In this document: piece after piece, positions 19,508 to 28,694 of the stretch
How positions within the stretch are numbered: position 1 is the stretch's first letter
Layout: the number at the start of each line of letters is the position of its first letter
Program-made: the position numbers and the translations under genes
The notes under the pieces: model-generated
The model's database searches: none
What the model saw: only the letters and a program-made list of their open reading frames with translations
What the model was told of the DNA's origin: nothing
Origin: a bacterium
GTDB taxonomy: Bacteria; Zhuqueibacterota; Zhuqueibacteria; Residuimicrobiales; Krinioviventaceae
Direction of reading: 5' to 3'
Assembly: GCA_963674595.2 (NCBI GenBank)
Contig: CAXXFV010000027.1
Location: 256,001-320,000, forward strand
DNA: 64,000 nucleotides

Positions 19508-21283
19508 TCACTTCCAGACGTCTCGAACTTTAAAACCCAGCATCGTTATATCATCCATTTGCGGAACGCCTTTTGTAAACTCTTTAAGCTCTTCAAGTAT
19601 ATTATTTAAAATTTGTTGAATATCCCAATTATATTTTTGTGCTTTTTCTAAAAGATTGACAAGGCGCCATTCTTCAAACTCTTTTTCTTCATGATTCATG
19701 GCTTCAGTGACACCGTCTGTAAAAGACAGAAATACGTCTCCTTTTTGAATATCAATATACCCGGTATCATACCTGACATTCGGCATCATCCCTAAAATCA
19801 GGCCGCCTTTGTCCAAGGCTATGTATTTGCCGTCCTTATGAACCAAATAAGGCGGATTGTGTCCTGCATTCACATAGGACATTTTGTTTTCTTTAAGATC
19901 AACCTGTGCACAAAAAAATGTGATAAATTTATCCATTCCGGTATTTTTATAAATCAAATCATTGATTTTACCTACAACAGCAGAAAGATCAGCGTGCTGA
20001 TATAATAAACTGTTTAAACTTGCCTGTAAATTCGACATGAGTATAGAGGCAGGCACACCTTTTCCTGAAACATCAGCAATTGCAAAAATTATGTGCTCAT
20101 TATCCAAATTAATAATATCAAAATAATCACCACCAACCTGTCTTGACGGCAGATTCATTCCGAAAACAGAAAAATTATCAAGCTTTGGAAATGTTGAAGG
20201 TACTAATTTTTGTTGAATTTCACGAGCAATATTTAATTCTTCTTCAATTCGCTGTTTTTCTATAGTTTCTTCAAATAATCTGGCATTTTCAATGGAAATC
20301 ATAGCCTGATTACACATTGTCAATAAAAATTCCAAATCTTCTTCTTTAAAATGTTGTTTGGTCAGTTTTCCTCCCAAAACAACTATACCACGGGGTTCTT
20401 TATTTAACAACATGGGAACAACTGTTTCGAGGCCAAACGATTTGAATTTATTAACAACATCGGTTGGATATACGGATTCAATTAAAACAGGTTCACTTAT
20501 TTGATACAACCATTTCTGAACATCTGGTTGCCCAAACATTTGATTTAACTCCGAGTTTTCCGCACTGCCTTTAAAACCGGAAAGTTCGTAACCGTTTTCA
20601 GTTTTTAAAAGGACAAAACATTTTGTAACAGTCATCTCCCCCATAATGGAATAAAGCAGCAGATTTGAAATTTCCGATAAATTTAAGGTTGAATTGAGTT
20701 CTTTGCTGATTGCAAATAAGGTACTGAGTTCCTGGACTTTTTTATCCAACTGTTTGTTAATGTGATCAATTTTCTGATAATTTAAAGCATTTTCTATTGA
20801 GGAAGCAGCGATATTTGCCAGAGAATTTAAAAACTCTATTTCAGATTCAGAAAATGAAATTTTTGTCAGCTTGCTTCCAAGAGCCAAAATTCCAACCAGG
20901 CGTTCCGTACTATGGATCGGCAGCAATAATTCAATCTTGTTTTCGATGAAAAAATTTTTCCATCGACATTCTTTTTCATCAAGCTCTTTAACCAGTATCG
21001 GATTTTGAAATGAATATTCCACATAAAATTGCTTGCCGATTAAATCACGTGACAATCCTTTAACGGCAAAAATTGAATATTCATCATTCTCATCAGTAAC
21101 AAGAACAAATCCACGTTGAATCATCATCCGCCCCATGGGCGTCCATAATAGTGTATTTAAAATGGATGTTAAATTTAATGATGCATTCAACAATTGACTC
21201 ATCTCAAAAAGAGATTGCAGCTCAAAAAAACGCTGGTCAATACTTAAAGATTGCTCTTGTTCCGCAGAACTATTGTTTTCCAT
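19508..21283 (-). CDS. GAF-GAF-PP2C (RsbU-like) phosphatase
   Basis: Two GAF repeats (FSESEIEFL / FKEEDLEFL...IENA); VGGDYFD, DVSGKG, NAGHNPP, FTDG, DDIT. Confidence 0.92.
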   Translation of the reverse strand: MENNSSAEQEQSLSIDQRFFELQSLFEMSQLLNASLNLTSILNTLLWTPMGRMMIQRGFVLVTDENDEYSIFAVKGLSRDLIGKQFYVEYSFQNPILVKELDEKECRWKNFFIENKIELLLPIHSTERLVGILALGSKLTKISFSESEIEFLNSLANIAASSIENALNYQKIDHINKQLDKKVQELSTLFAISKELNSTLNLSEISNLLLYSIMGEMTVTKCFVLLKTENGYELSGFKGSAENSELNQMFGQPDVQKWLYQISEPVLIESVYPTDVVNKFKSFGLETVVPMLLNKEPRGIVVLGGKLTKQHFKEEDLEFLLTMCNQAMISIENARLFEETIEKQRIEEELNIAREIQQKLVPSTFPKLDNFSVFGMNLPSRQVGGDYFDIINLDNEHIIFAIADVSGKGVPASILMSNLQASLNSLLYQHADLSAVVGKINDLIYKNTGMDKFITFFCAQVDLKENKMSYVNAGHNPPYLVHKDGKYIALDKGGLILGMMPNVRYDTGYIDIQKGDVFLSFTDGVTEAMNHEEKEFEEWRLVNLLEKAQKYNWDIQQILNNILEELKEFTKGVPQMDDITMLGFKVRDVWK

Positions 21284-21774
21284 CAGGCTCCTTTTGTTTT
21301 GACAACTTTTGAGTCTTTTGGATTTATAAAATATTTTACCATTCTTACCTGGTTTTTAACACCAGGATCAATATCATATTCAACTTCATCCATCAATGTT
21401 CGCATAAGATATATACCCAAACCACCAACTTTTAACTCAGCCAGGTATTCTTTTAAATCCGGCATTTTAATGCTGGCCGGATTAAATCCTTTACCATGAT
21501 CTGTAACAATTAAAGTGAATTTTTGAAAATCGACTTTTAATATGATATCCAAGGCTTTACTTTGATTTTGTTTTTTATTTTTTTCAGAATAAGCATGTTT
21601 AATAACATTTGTACAAGCTTCATCACATGCTAATTCTATTTTGCCAACATCATCTTCATTAAAACCGACTTTTTGTGCAATTTTACTAACAAAATTTCGT
21701 ATCACTTCTAAATTGTCAGTTTGGCTTGGGATGCGTAATTTGTATTCACTTTTTGTTAAAGCTTTCACCTGCAT
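21283..21774 (-). CDS. rsbW: anti-sigma factor/Ser kinase, RsbW family
   Basis: EACTNVIKHAY, DHGKGF, GGLGIYLMRTLMDEV. Confidence 0.9.
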   Translation of the reverse strand: MQVKALTKSEYKLRIPSQTDNLEVIRNFVSKIAQKVGFNEDDVGKIELACDEACTNVIKHAYSEKNKKQNQSKALDIILKVDFQKFTLIVTDHGKGFNPASIKMPDLKEYLAELKVGGLGIYLMRTLMDEVEYDIDPGVKNQVRMVKYFINPKDSKVVKTKGA

Positions 21775-21814
21775 AACCCTTTTTCTATTTAACCATCATA
21801 CTTTTCATTCATTA

Positions 21815-22183
21815 TTAATTATTTTGTTCATTTATAGTTTTTACAAACAATTCAGCAGCCTGCTGTTCATGTTCAACAATATCATATAAAGTTGGAAAAC
21901 CTAACAGGTCAAATACACGAAATATTTTGGAAGTCATGGCGCACATTTTAATATCGCCGCTGTTGTTGCGGATTAATTCAATAAAACCCATAAAAACACC
22001 AAGACCGGCGCTGCTTATATAATTCAACTTTTGAAAGCTGACTATAATTTTGTAGCGTTCTTCATCGATGAGTTTTTGGATTTCATCTTCAAGAAGAGGT
22101 GCCGTGTGAGCATCTAAAAACCCTTCCACGTGTAACGTGGAGAGATTATCATTATCCACTCGGCTAACGTTAAAATTCTCCAT
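21815..22183 (-). CDS. rsbV: STAS anti-anti-sigma factor, RsbV family
   Basis: GFLDAHTA and YISSAGLG (phospho-Ser). Start moved to ATG 22183, which has a GGGAG RBS. Confidence 0.9.
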   Translation of the reverse strand: MENFNVSRVDNDNLSTLHVEGFLDAHTAPLLEDEIQKLIDEERYKIIVSFQKLNYISSAGLGVFMGFIELIRNNSGDIKMCAMTSKIFRVFDLLGFPTLYDIVEHEQQAAELFVKTINEQNN

Positions 22184-22237
22184 TTTTTTCTCCCATAACA
22201 ATTGGATGTATATTATCGAATTTCGTTTACTTACCTG

Positions 22238-24328
22238 TTAGTTAACTTTAATAACAATAAATGTCAAATCATCTGTTGCATTGGCGCCGTTAAAAAAAGA
22301 ATATATTTGATGAATAATTCCCTTTTTAACTTCATTTGATGGTAAATTACTGACCTTTTCAAAAACAGACAATAATCTTTCCTCACCAAATTCTTCATTA
22401 TCATCATTGCGGGCATCAATTGTACCATCTGTATATAATAACAACGTGTCACCCGCTGTCAATTCAATTTTTATTTGTTCAAGCGTTTTTTCAAATATTT
22501 TTCCCACAACCAGTCCTACGCCCATCCCGGCGGGTTCCAATATACGGCTCTTTTCTTCACCGATTCGAGACATTAAAATTGGGCAATGACCAGCCCTGCA
22601 AAATGTGAAACTTTTTGTTTCCGTATCCAAAATACCATAAATCATGCTGATAAACGTATTTTGATCAAAATTTCTGTATAAAATTTTATTGGCCGTAACC
22701 AGCAAAGTCTTGGGCGAGGTTTCTTCGTGCGCAAGGGCTTCCATTACGCCCTTAACTTCAGCCATATAAAAAGCCGCAGAAGGACCTTTGCCGGAGACAT
22801 CCCCGATAATAATACCCAACTTGTGTTGTCCAAGATTAAAAAAGTCATAATAATCACCACCGACCTCATTAGCCGTTATACACACGGCATCAAGCTCAAA
22901 ACCTTTTAGCCTGGGCATATCCTTTGGAAGCAATTTCATTTGCGCATCGTGGGCAATTTTTAGTTCCTGTACCAGTCTTTCTTTTACAATTGATTCTTCA
23001 ACCAGACGGGCATTTTCAACCGCAATAACAGCCTGCTCGCCAAAAGCCCTGAGCATATCTTTATCATCTATTTCAAAACCAAAATCGACACGTTTGCCGG
23101 CATACAAAAATCCCACAACTTTATCCGCCGTGACCAAAGGGACGGCCAACAGTGAGTGCAAGTCTCTTTTCCAGTTTAAAAAAGGTTTTGTCAACTGATC
23201 TTTGGTAGCCTGGTTGCTAAGGAAAGGCTCTTTGTTTTTTACCAGCCACTCTTGCAGGGCGGTTTCATGTTCAGATTTTCGCCTTCTCTTTTCACTTTCA
23301 AACAGATTATTAGAGGAGACTAGATTGATTTTTTGGGTGCCGGGTTCATAAAGTTCAAGCCAGCTAAAATCAGCTTCCGTAACATCTGCCGCAAGATTAA
23401 CGATAGATATGACCAAATTTTCCAGTTCAAATTCAGAGCTTACAGCACGGCTTAGATTATGCAAAGAAGAAATTTGCCGCATCTTTCGGTCATAAAGCTG
23501 TGCGGTTGGTAAATGGGCCAGCAAGGCAAGAAAGGCAATAACCAAATACACAGATAAAAAGAGGTTACCGGCATCAATAAAATTACTCAGGATAGGGCTG
23601 AATGATTCCAGCGGATTAATATTATGAAACTTGTAATGAAAATTTAACTGCATGGGCAATAAAATCAAGCCACCCCAAAAACAGGCTATTTTTTGTTTTT
23701 TATTTAAATAGTTTATCCAGGATACCCGAAACGAGTTAATTACAATAAAAATTATTAAAATAAAGAAAACCAAATTTTCCAAAACATCTGTTACATCCCA
23801 GGGAATATTTAGTTTATCTACTAGAATACTTGTTTTTAATATTGGGTATAGTACAATAAAGATCATAAGTGTACTAAAATTGGCGGCAGTCGGCCTCTTG
23901 CGTTTGATATAAATCAGATTTCTAAGAGTACCTAACACTATTAAAATAAAGACGGTTGCGAAAAAACTCCACGACAGAAGAAAAATATAATCGGGAAAAC
24001 TCTGATAAATACTAAAATCCACCGATGGCCGGGAGGCTAATGCTTCCAAACGTTCCTGAGAATAGATCAATAATCCACAGGTAAACAGAATAAGAATAAA
24101 CAAAGATTGTACGCCGCGCAGAACATTTCTGTCAGATGCCCATTTTTGTTTATAAACCAAGGGTAAGGAAAGTACCAGTGCAGCTAAAATAAACGGTTCT
24201 CTCCATACCAGGGCACTATGTGCCGCCATGGCACCTGTTAAAATATTAAAATCAATAACAACTGCGCCTGTAAAAATAGCAAAAGGCAGCATTAAAGATA
24301 TGGTTGATATTTTTTTCACATAGCTCAA
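22238..24328 (-). CDS. multi-TM-GAF-PP2C (SpoIIE-like) phosphatase
   Basis: About 8 N-terminal TM segments, one GAF domain, VGGDYYD, DVSGKG, RAGH, YTDG, DDLT. Confidence 0.9.
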   Translation of the reverse strand: MSYVKKISTISLMLPFAIFTGAVVIDFNILTGAMAAHSALVWREPFILAALVLSLPLVYKQKWASDRNVLRGVQSLFILILFTCGLLIYSQERLEALASRPSVDFSIYQSFPDYIFLLSWSFFATVFILIVLGTLRNLIYIKRKRPTAANFSTLMIFIVLYPILKTSILVDKLNIPWDVTDVLENLVFFILIIFIVINSFRVSWINYLNKKQKIACFWGGLILLPMQLNFHYKFHNINPLESFSPILSNFIDAGNLFLSVYLVIAFLALLAHLPTAQLYDRKMRQISSLHNLSRAVSSEFELENLVISIVNLAADVTEADFSWLELYEPGTQKINLVSSNNLFESEKRRRKSEHETALQEWLVKNKEPFLSNQATKDQLTKPFLNWKRDLHSLLAVPLVTADKVVGFLYAGKRVDFGFEIDDKDMLRAFGEQAVIAVENARLVEESIVKERLVQELKIAHDAQMKLLPKDMPRLKGFELDAVCITANEVGGDYYDFFNLGQHKLGIIIGDVSGKGPSAAFYMAEVKGVMEALAHEETSPKTLLVTANKILYRNFDQNTFISMIYGILDTETKSFTFCRAGHCPILMSRIGEEKSRILEPAGMGVGLVVGKIFEKTLEQIKIELTAGDTLLLYTDGTIDARNDDNEEFGEERLLSVFEKVSNLPSNEVKKGIIHQIYSFFNGANATDDLTFIVIKVN

Positions 24329-24331
24329 GTA

Positions 24332-26716
24332 TTATATGCCTTTATTAATTTTAACAATAATCATTGTCATGTCGTCGTGTTGCTCTTTTTTATTCATAAA
24401 TGTGAAAACCTGCTGTGTAACATTTTTTAAAATATCGCTGGAATTCAAATTTGAATATTTATTTAACAATTCACAAATTTTTTCTTCTCCAAACACCTCG
24501 GATGATGAATTCATTGCTTCTGAAAAACCGTCCGTATAAAAAACGAAAATATCCTGACTTTTCAAAGCAATACTCTTTTCCTGGATAATATTATCGAAAA
24601 TTTCTCCCTTGTCCAATCCCATTGCCAAACCTTTGGGACAAATGATATTACATTTACCATTAAGATTATTTAATGTAATAACAGGATTATGTCCTGCACG
24701 GGAAAAGCAAAAAGTCATTTTTTCAAAATCAAAAACACCATAAACCATACTGATAAAATGCCCGCGTTTTACATTTTCATAAAACAACGAGTTTATTTGC
24801 ATTAACACCTGTTTTGGTGATAACATAAATTTTGTCAGGGAGCGCAAAAATCCTTTTGTCAGAGTCATATAAAAAGCTGCGGAAATACCTTTACCAGATA
24901 CATCGCCAATGGCGAGTCCTAATTTATTTTCCTCGAAAACTACAAAATCATAATAATCACCGCCCACGTCCAAAGCAGGAATACATGTAGCGGCTATATC
25001 AACTCCATTCACTTTAGGATTAGATTCCGGTAACAGGCCCAACTGCACACGTTTGGCAATTTCAAGCTCTCTCTCCAACCTTTCTCTTTCAAGCATGTGT
25101 TTTACATGGCTCGGGGTGTATTTGTTGAGAACATCGGGCTGTAAATCAAAACGAAGAGCATAAAGCGAAATGCCCGCCACAATTAAAAGTAATCCCAAAA
25201 TACTGAATCCATAAAATACAAGATGGATATTTCCTGAAAAGAGATATTTTCCGGAATCCAACAGTAAAAGGAAAACAAAATGTGCTGTAATAGATGATAA
25301 TAAATCAATACGTATAAAGAGCAGCGTAAAGGTTAATCCCAGAATTGCTGTAATTAACATGGAAACCGGTAAAGGAAAAGATACAAAACTAACAAATACA
25401 CTGGCAAAAACACCCCAAAAAAGGAACATAGTAAGGACCAGCCATCTTTTGCGCCCTATATATCTTGCCAAAATTGAAATTGGAAAAAGTATAAACAAAA
25501 ACTGTTCCCAACAAACGGATTGTATAGCAGAGGCTATATTGTAAAACACGGGCACGTCACGGTAATAAATATTAACCTTGCCAGTCCACTCTGACAAATC
25601 GATACTTGAAATATTACGCAAAAGGAATAAAACACCGGTTATAATAAAAACCAACAGAGTGCCAAAGGTAATTCCGGAGAACAATGAATCGCCAAACCGA
25701 CGATAGAAAATTTTTCCACCGGATAATGTATCAAAAGTAACGAGTTTTCCTCTCCAAATTTCTCTAGAAAGGGAGTCTGTTGTTGAAACACTGACTAGAA
25801 AAATTATTCCCAAAACAAGCGGTAAAAATGTCAGGGAAATAACATAATTAATAATATCTAATGATTCCGGATTGATGTACAAGGCACTGGTAAGAGTAGC
25901 TATAATTACAATAATTGTAACAGGAAAAGCGTTTTTAAAACTAAGCTCATCCTTGCGCAGTTTTTTTATAAATATGGTAACAATAAATACTATAAACAGT
26001 ACCAGCACACTGATTAAACCGGTAACCTGATAAATTTTTTCGTAATGATTATCTTCAAATTCAGGAATATCATAAACAACTTTATATCCTGCAAGATTAG
26101 TCCCTGATGTATAAACTTTGACATAACTTTTAATCTTTTCAAACTGTTTGAATTTATATTTTAAATCATAATCAACATATTGCTCTTTAACAAACCGTTC
26201 AAAAGATTCAAATTGACAGTCCTTATTAAGAGACAAATAGGCAATTAACGAATCAGCCACATTCATCGCCAGTGTTTCTGAATAGTTTTTTATATTTAAA
26301 CTGTCTTTATAAAAATCAACATGAAATCCCAACATACCATAATCATTCAGATCAATGGTTATTTTTTCAATTCCTTCAAGTTTTTTATTTTTTTGATGTT
26401 TATGTTTCTTGTGGTCCCAGGTAAAGTGCCAGTAAAAAGTTGGAAATTGATTATATCTCAAGTCCCTTGCAATATCGCCGGTGTAATTTCTTTCAATAAA
26501 CTGGTCCAAATTTTTATGGTATTTAAGCAGTATATCAAGCTCTTTTTCATGTACCGGAAAGCCAAGCAGATTTAACTCTTTCGCAGCCGTTGAAATGTAC
26601 TCATTTTTAGAATATTTGAAATTCGGGGTAAAATAAACGTGTTTATAAAGTTTGAAAAAACAACAAACACTTGCTATTATAATTGATAAAAATATTATTA
26701 ATTTAAATTTATTCAA
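24332..26716 (-). CDS. membrane PP2C (SpoIIE-like) phosphatase with an extracytoplasmic domain and a multi-TM region
   Basis: N-terminal TM, ~200-aa soluble domain, ~9 TM segments, then VGGDYYD, DVSGKG, RAGHNP, YTDG, DDMT. Confidence 0.9.
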   Translation of the reverse strand: MNKFKLIIFLSIIIASVCCFFKLYKHVYFTPNFKYSKNEYISTAAKELNLLGFPVHEKELDILLKYHKNLDQFIERNYTGDIARDLRYNQFPTFYWHFTWDHKKHKHQKNKKLEGIEKITIDLNDYGMLGFHVDFYKDSLNIKNYSETLAMNVADSLIAYLSLNKDCQFESFERFVKEQYVDYDLKYKFKQFEKIKSYVKVYTSGTNLAGYKVVYDIPEFEDNHYEKIYQVTGLISVLVLFIVFIVTIFIKKLRKDELSFKNAFPVTIIVIIATLTSALYINPESLDIINYVISLTFLPLVLGIIFLVSVSTTDSLSREIWRGKLVTFDTLSGGKIFYRRFGDSLFSGITFGTLLVFIITGVLFLLRNISSIDLSEWTGKVNIYYRDVPVFYNIASAIQSVCWEQFLFILFPISILARYIGRKRWLVLTMFLFWGVFASVFVSFVSFPLPVSMLITAILGLTFTLLFIRIDLLSSITAHFVFLLLLDSGKYLFSGNIHLVFYGFSILGLLLIVAGISLYALRFDLQPDVLNKYTPSHVKHMLERERLERELEIAKRVQLGLLPESNPKVNGVDIAATCIPALDVGGDYYDFVVFEENKLGLAIGDVSGKGISAAFYMTLTKGFLRSLTKFMLSPKQVLMQINSLFYENVKRGHFISMVYGVFDFEKMTFCFSRAGHNPVITLNNLNGKCNIICPKGLAMGLDKGEIFDNIIQEKSIALKSQDIFVFYTDGFSEAMNSSSEVFGEEKICELLNKYSNLNSSDILKNVTQQVFTFMNKKEQHDDMTMIIVKINKGI

Positions 26717-26728
26717 CAGATATAAATC

Positions 26729-27988
26729 CTATTCCAAATGATGTTCAACTTCAATTTGATATGGAGATGCGATATTGTCAAAAGATTTTTCAATATGGCC
26801 GAATTCGGAAATTTTAAAAACTTTACCCTGTACGTCATCACAAACAAGACAAGAATTATCAAACTCATTTACCACAATGGATACCGGATGTGAAAATTCG
26901 TTTTTAGACAACAGAAAACCATTTTCACTATATCTTGTTACATTATATTTTTCATTTGAAGAATTGTATTCAATTGCCCAAACTGATCCGGTTTTTTGAT
27001 CACAGGCTAATTTTCTAATCCAGGTAAAATCTCCTGAAATCGTATTAATATGGTTGGCGTATAAATCAAATACTAGAATTCGATTTGCATCAGCCGCCCA
27101 AATTACCTGATTCTCTTCACAATAGACAATATCAGACGGATCTGTAAATAACGGTTCACTTTGACGTCTGATTTGACCAACAGAAGAAATTCTAAATAAT
27201 GATAAACTCTGTTCATCAACTACCCATAAATCCTGCCGCCTTTGGTCCATATCAATAAAACATGGTTTGGGTATAAAATTAAATTCCATGAGTTGTGTAC
27301 CAGATGCATCAAACTTTTTAATCAGTCCCTGACTTTTTTGAATGGTAAAAAAATTTCCATTCCTTTGATCAATTACAAAATCATTTACCTGGTCCAGATT
27401 ATAAACGACATGTGTATAAATACCATTTTCAGATATTTTATAAAGCGAGTTTGAAATATCACTATAAACCCAGGCAGCTCTTTCCTGCACACTTGAATGC
27501 ATCAAAATCGGGTAACTAAAACTACCGAATGAGAAAATCGGATATTGAAGATCATGTGTCATCCTGTGTAAAGTACCAGATTGATAATCCAAAATCCATG
27601 AATAGGTCGGACCCGGTTCAATATCCAATGTATCAGTAGGCGGTGTTTCATAATCCTTAATATGGGCTGTAATATAATAATCATAGGATGTACCATACTC
27701 GACATTGTAATCCGTAAAACTATTTTGGCCTGGTTGAACCGTAGAAATTTGTGTAAATATAGTACCCGGAGCAATCAAACGGTAAACAGAAATAGAATCA
27801 ATTCCTCTAAAATCCAGGTAACTCCAACCCAACTTTACTGATTTTCCAAAAGACAACACAGAAAAATTTTCTATACGTCCGCTTGTTTCCGGATTTTTTG
27901 GATCAAGAGGATTGTTTCGTTCTCTATCGGAACAACTCAGTATAACCAAAATAGATGATAAAACGATTATTTTCAAAAAACTTTTCAT
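26729..27988 (-). CDS. lipoprotein with an FN3-like domain and an NHL/beta-propeller-like region
   Basis: Lipobox ILSC, RNNPLDP, FTDYNVEYGTSYDYYI (FN3-like), repeated ~40-aa blades (PxDIxxD...WxxD). Confidence 0.7.
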   Translation of the reverse strand: MKSFLKIIVLSSILVILSCSDRERNNPLDPKNPETSGRIENFSVLSFGKSVKLGWSYLDFRGIDSISVYRLIAPGTIFTQISTVQPGQNSFTDYNVEYGTSYDYYITAHIKDYETPPTDTLDIEPGPTYSWILDYQSGTLHRMTHDLQYPIFSFGSFSYPILMHSSVQERAAWVYSDISNSLYKISENGIYTHVVYNLDQVNDFVIDQRNGNFFTIQKSQGLIKKFDASGTQLMEFNFIPKPCFIDMDQRRQDLWVVDEQSLSLFRISSVGQIRRQSEPLFTDPSDIVYCEENQVIWAADANRILVFDLYANHINTISGDFTWIRKLACDQKTGSVWAIEYNSSNEKYNVTRYSENGFLLSKNEFSHPVSIVVNEFDNSCLVCDDVQGKVFKISEFGHIEKSFDNIASPYQIEVEHHLE

Positions 27989-28127
27989 AACTTTACCTGA
28001 TAATAACGTGGCAGAAAATAATACGAAAAGAAAACAATTTGGTTTCTTTGATTTTTAAATAAATAACGAGAGAAATTTATCATATAGAAAAATTTCGAAT
28101 AGAAAGGAAATGTCACTTGAATAAAAT

Positions 28128-28679
28128 TTAAATATCTTGTTCACTAAATACAATAGCTGAAAATTTATATATAGTTGTATCCGGATTTTTCCATTCATCT
28201 AAATTAAGACCGGCTTTTCGGCATGTTTGCTGTAAAAACATGTCACGGTCCCAATTGTATTCAACAGGTACTTGTGGCAACAAAACACCGGAATTTGGAA
28301 ATTTCTCAATCAAAAGACCGTGCCGGCCAATTTCAATTTCTTCAACATCACTTACCTTTTCCAGAGGAGTCAGCACAGAAATTTCAATTGTTAAATCATC
28401 AACTTCATTAAAAGAAACAGGTGTAAAACGGGGATCACGTAAGGCTGCGGCTTGAGCCATATCAGTTATTGTCTCCAGCAGGGGTTTAAAAGCCTGTATA
28501 TAACCGATGCAACCACGTAATTCTTTGTTTTTGCGAAGAGTAACAAATGCTCCGCACTCTTTATTTAAAACAGGGTCATCCGACGAAAACTCTGGTAAAG
28601 GTTTTTTACTGGTCACACTTTTTATCGTTTCACGCGCAATATGTAAAAGCTCTTTTTTTAAGGAATCATCAATAATCAT
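28128..28679 (-). CDS. amrA: AmmeMemoRadiSam system protein A (AMMECR1 domain), no signal peptide
   Basis: GAFVTL, LRGCIG, DPRF, EISVL, LLPQV, KAGL. Confidence 0.93.
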   Translation of the reverse strand: MIIDDSLKKELLHIARETIKSVTSKKPLPEFSSDDPVLNKECGAFVTLRKNKELRGCIGYIQAFKPLLETITDMAQAAALRDPRFTPVSFNEVDDLTIEISVLTPLEKVSDVEEIEIGRHGLLIEKFPNSGVLLPQVPVEYNWDRDMFLQQTCRKAGLNLDEWKNPDTTIYKFSAIVFSEQDI

Positions 28680-28694
28680 ATTTCTGCTCCTGTT

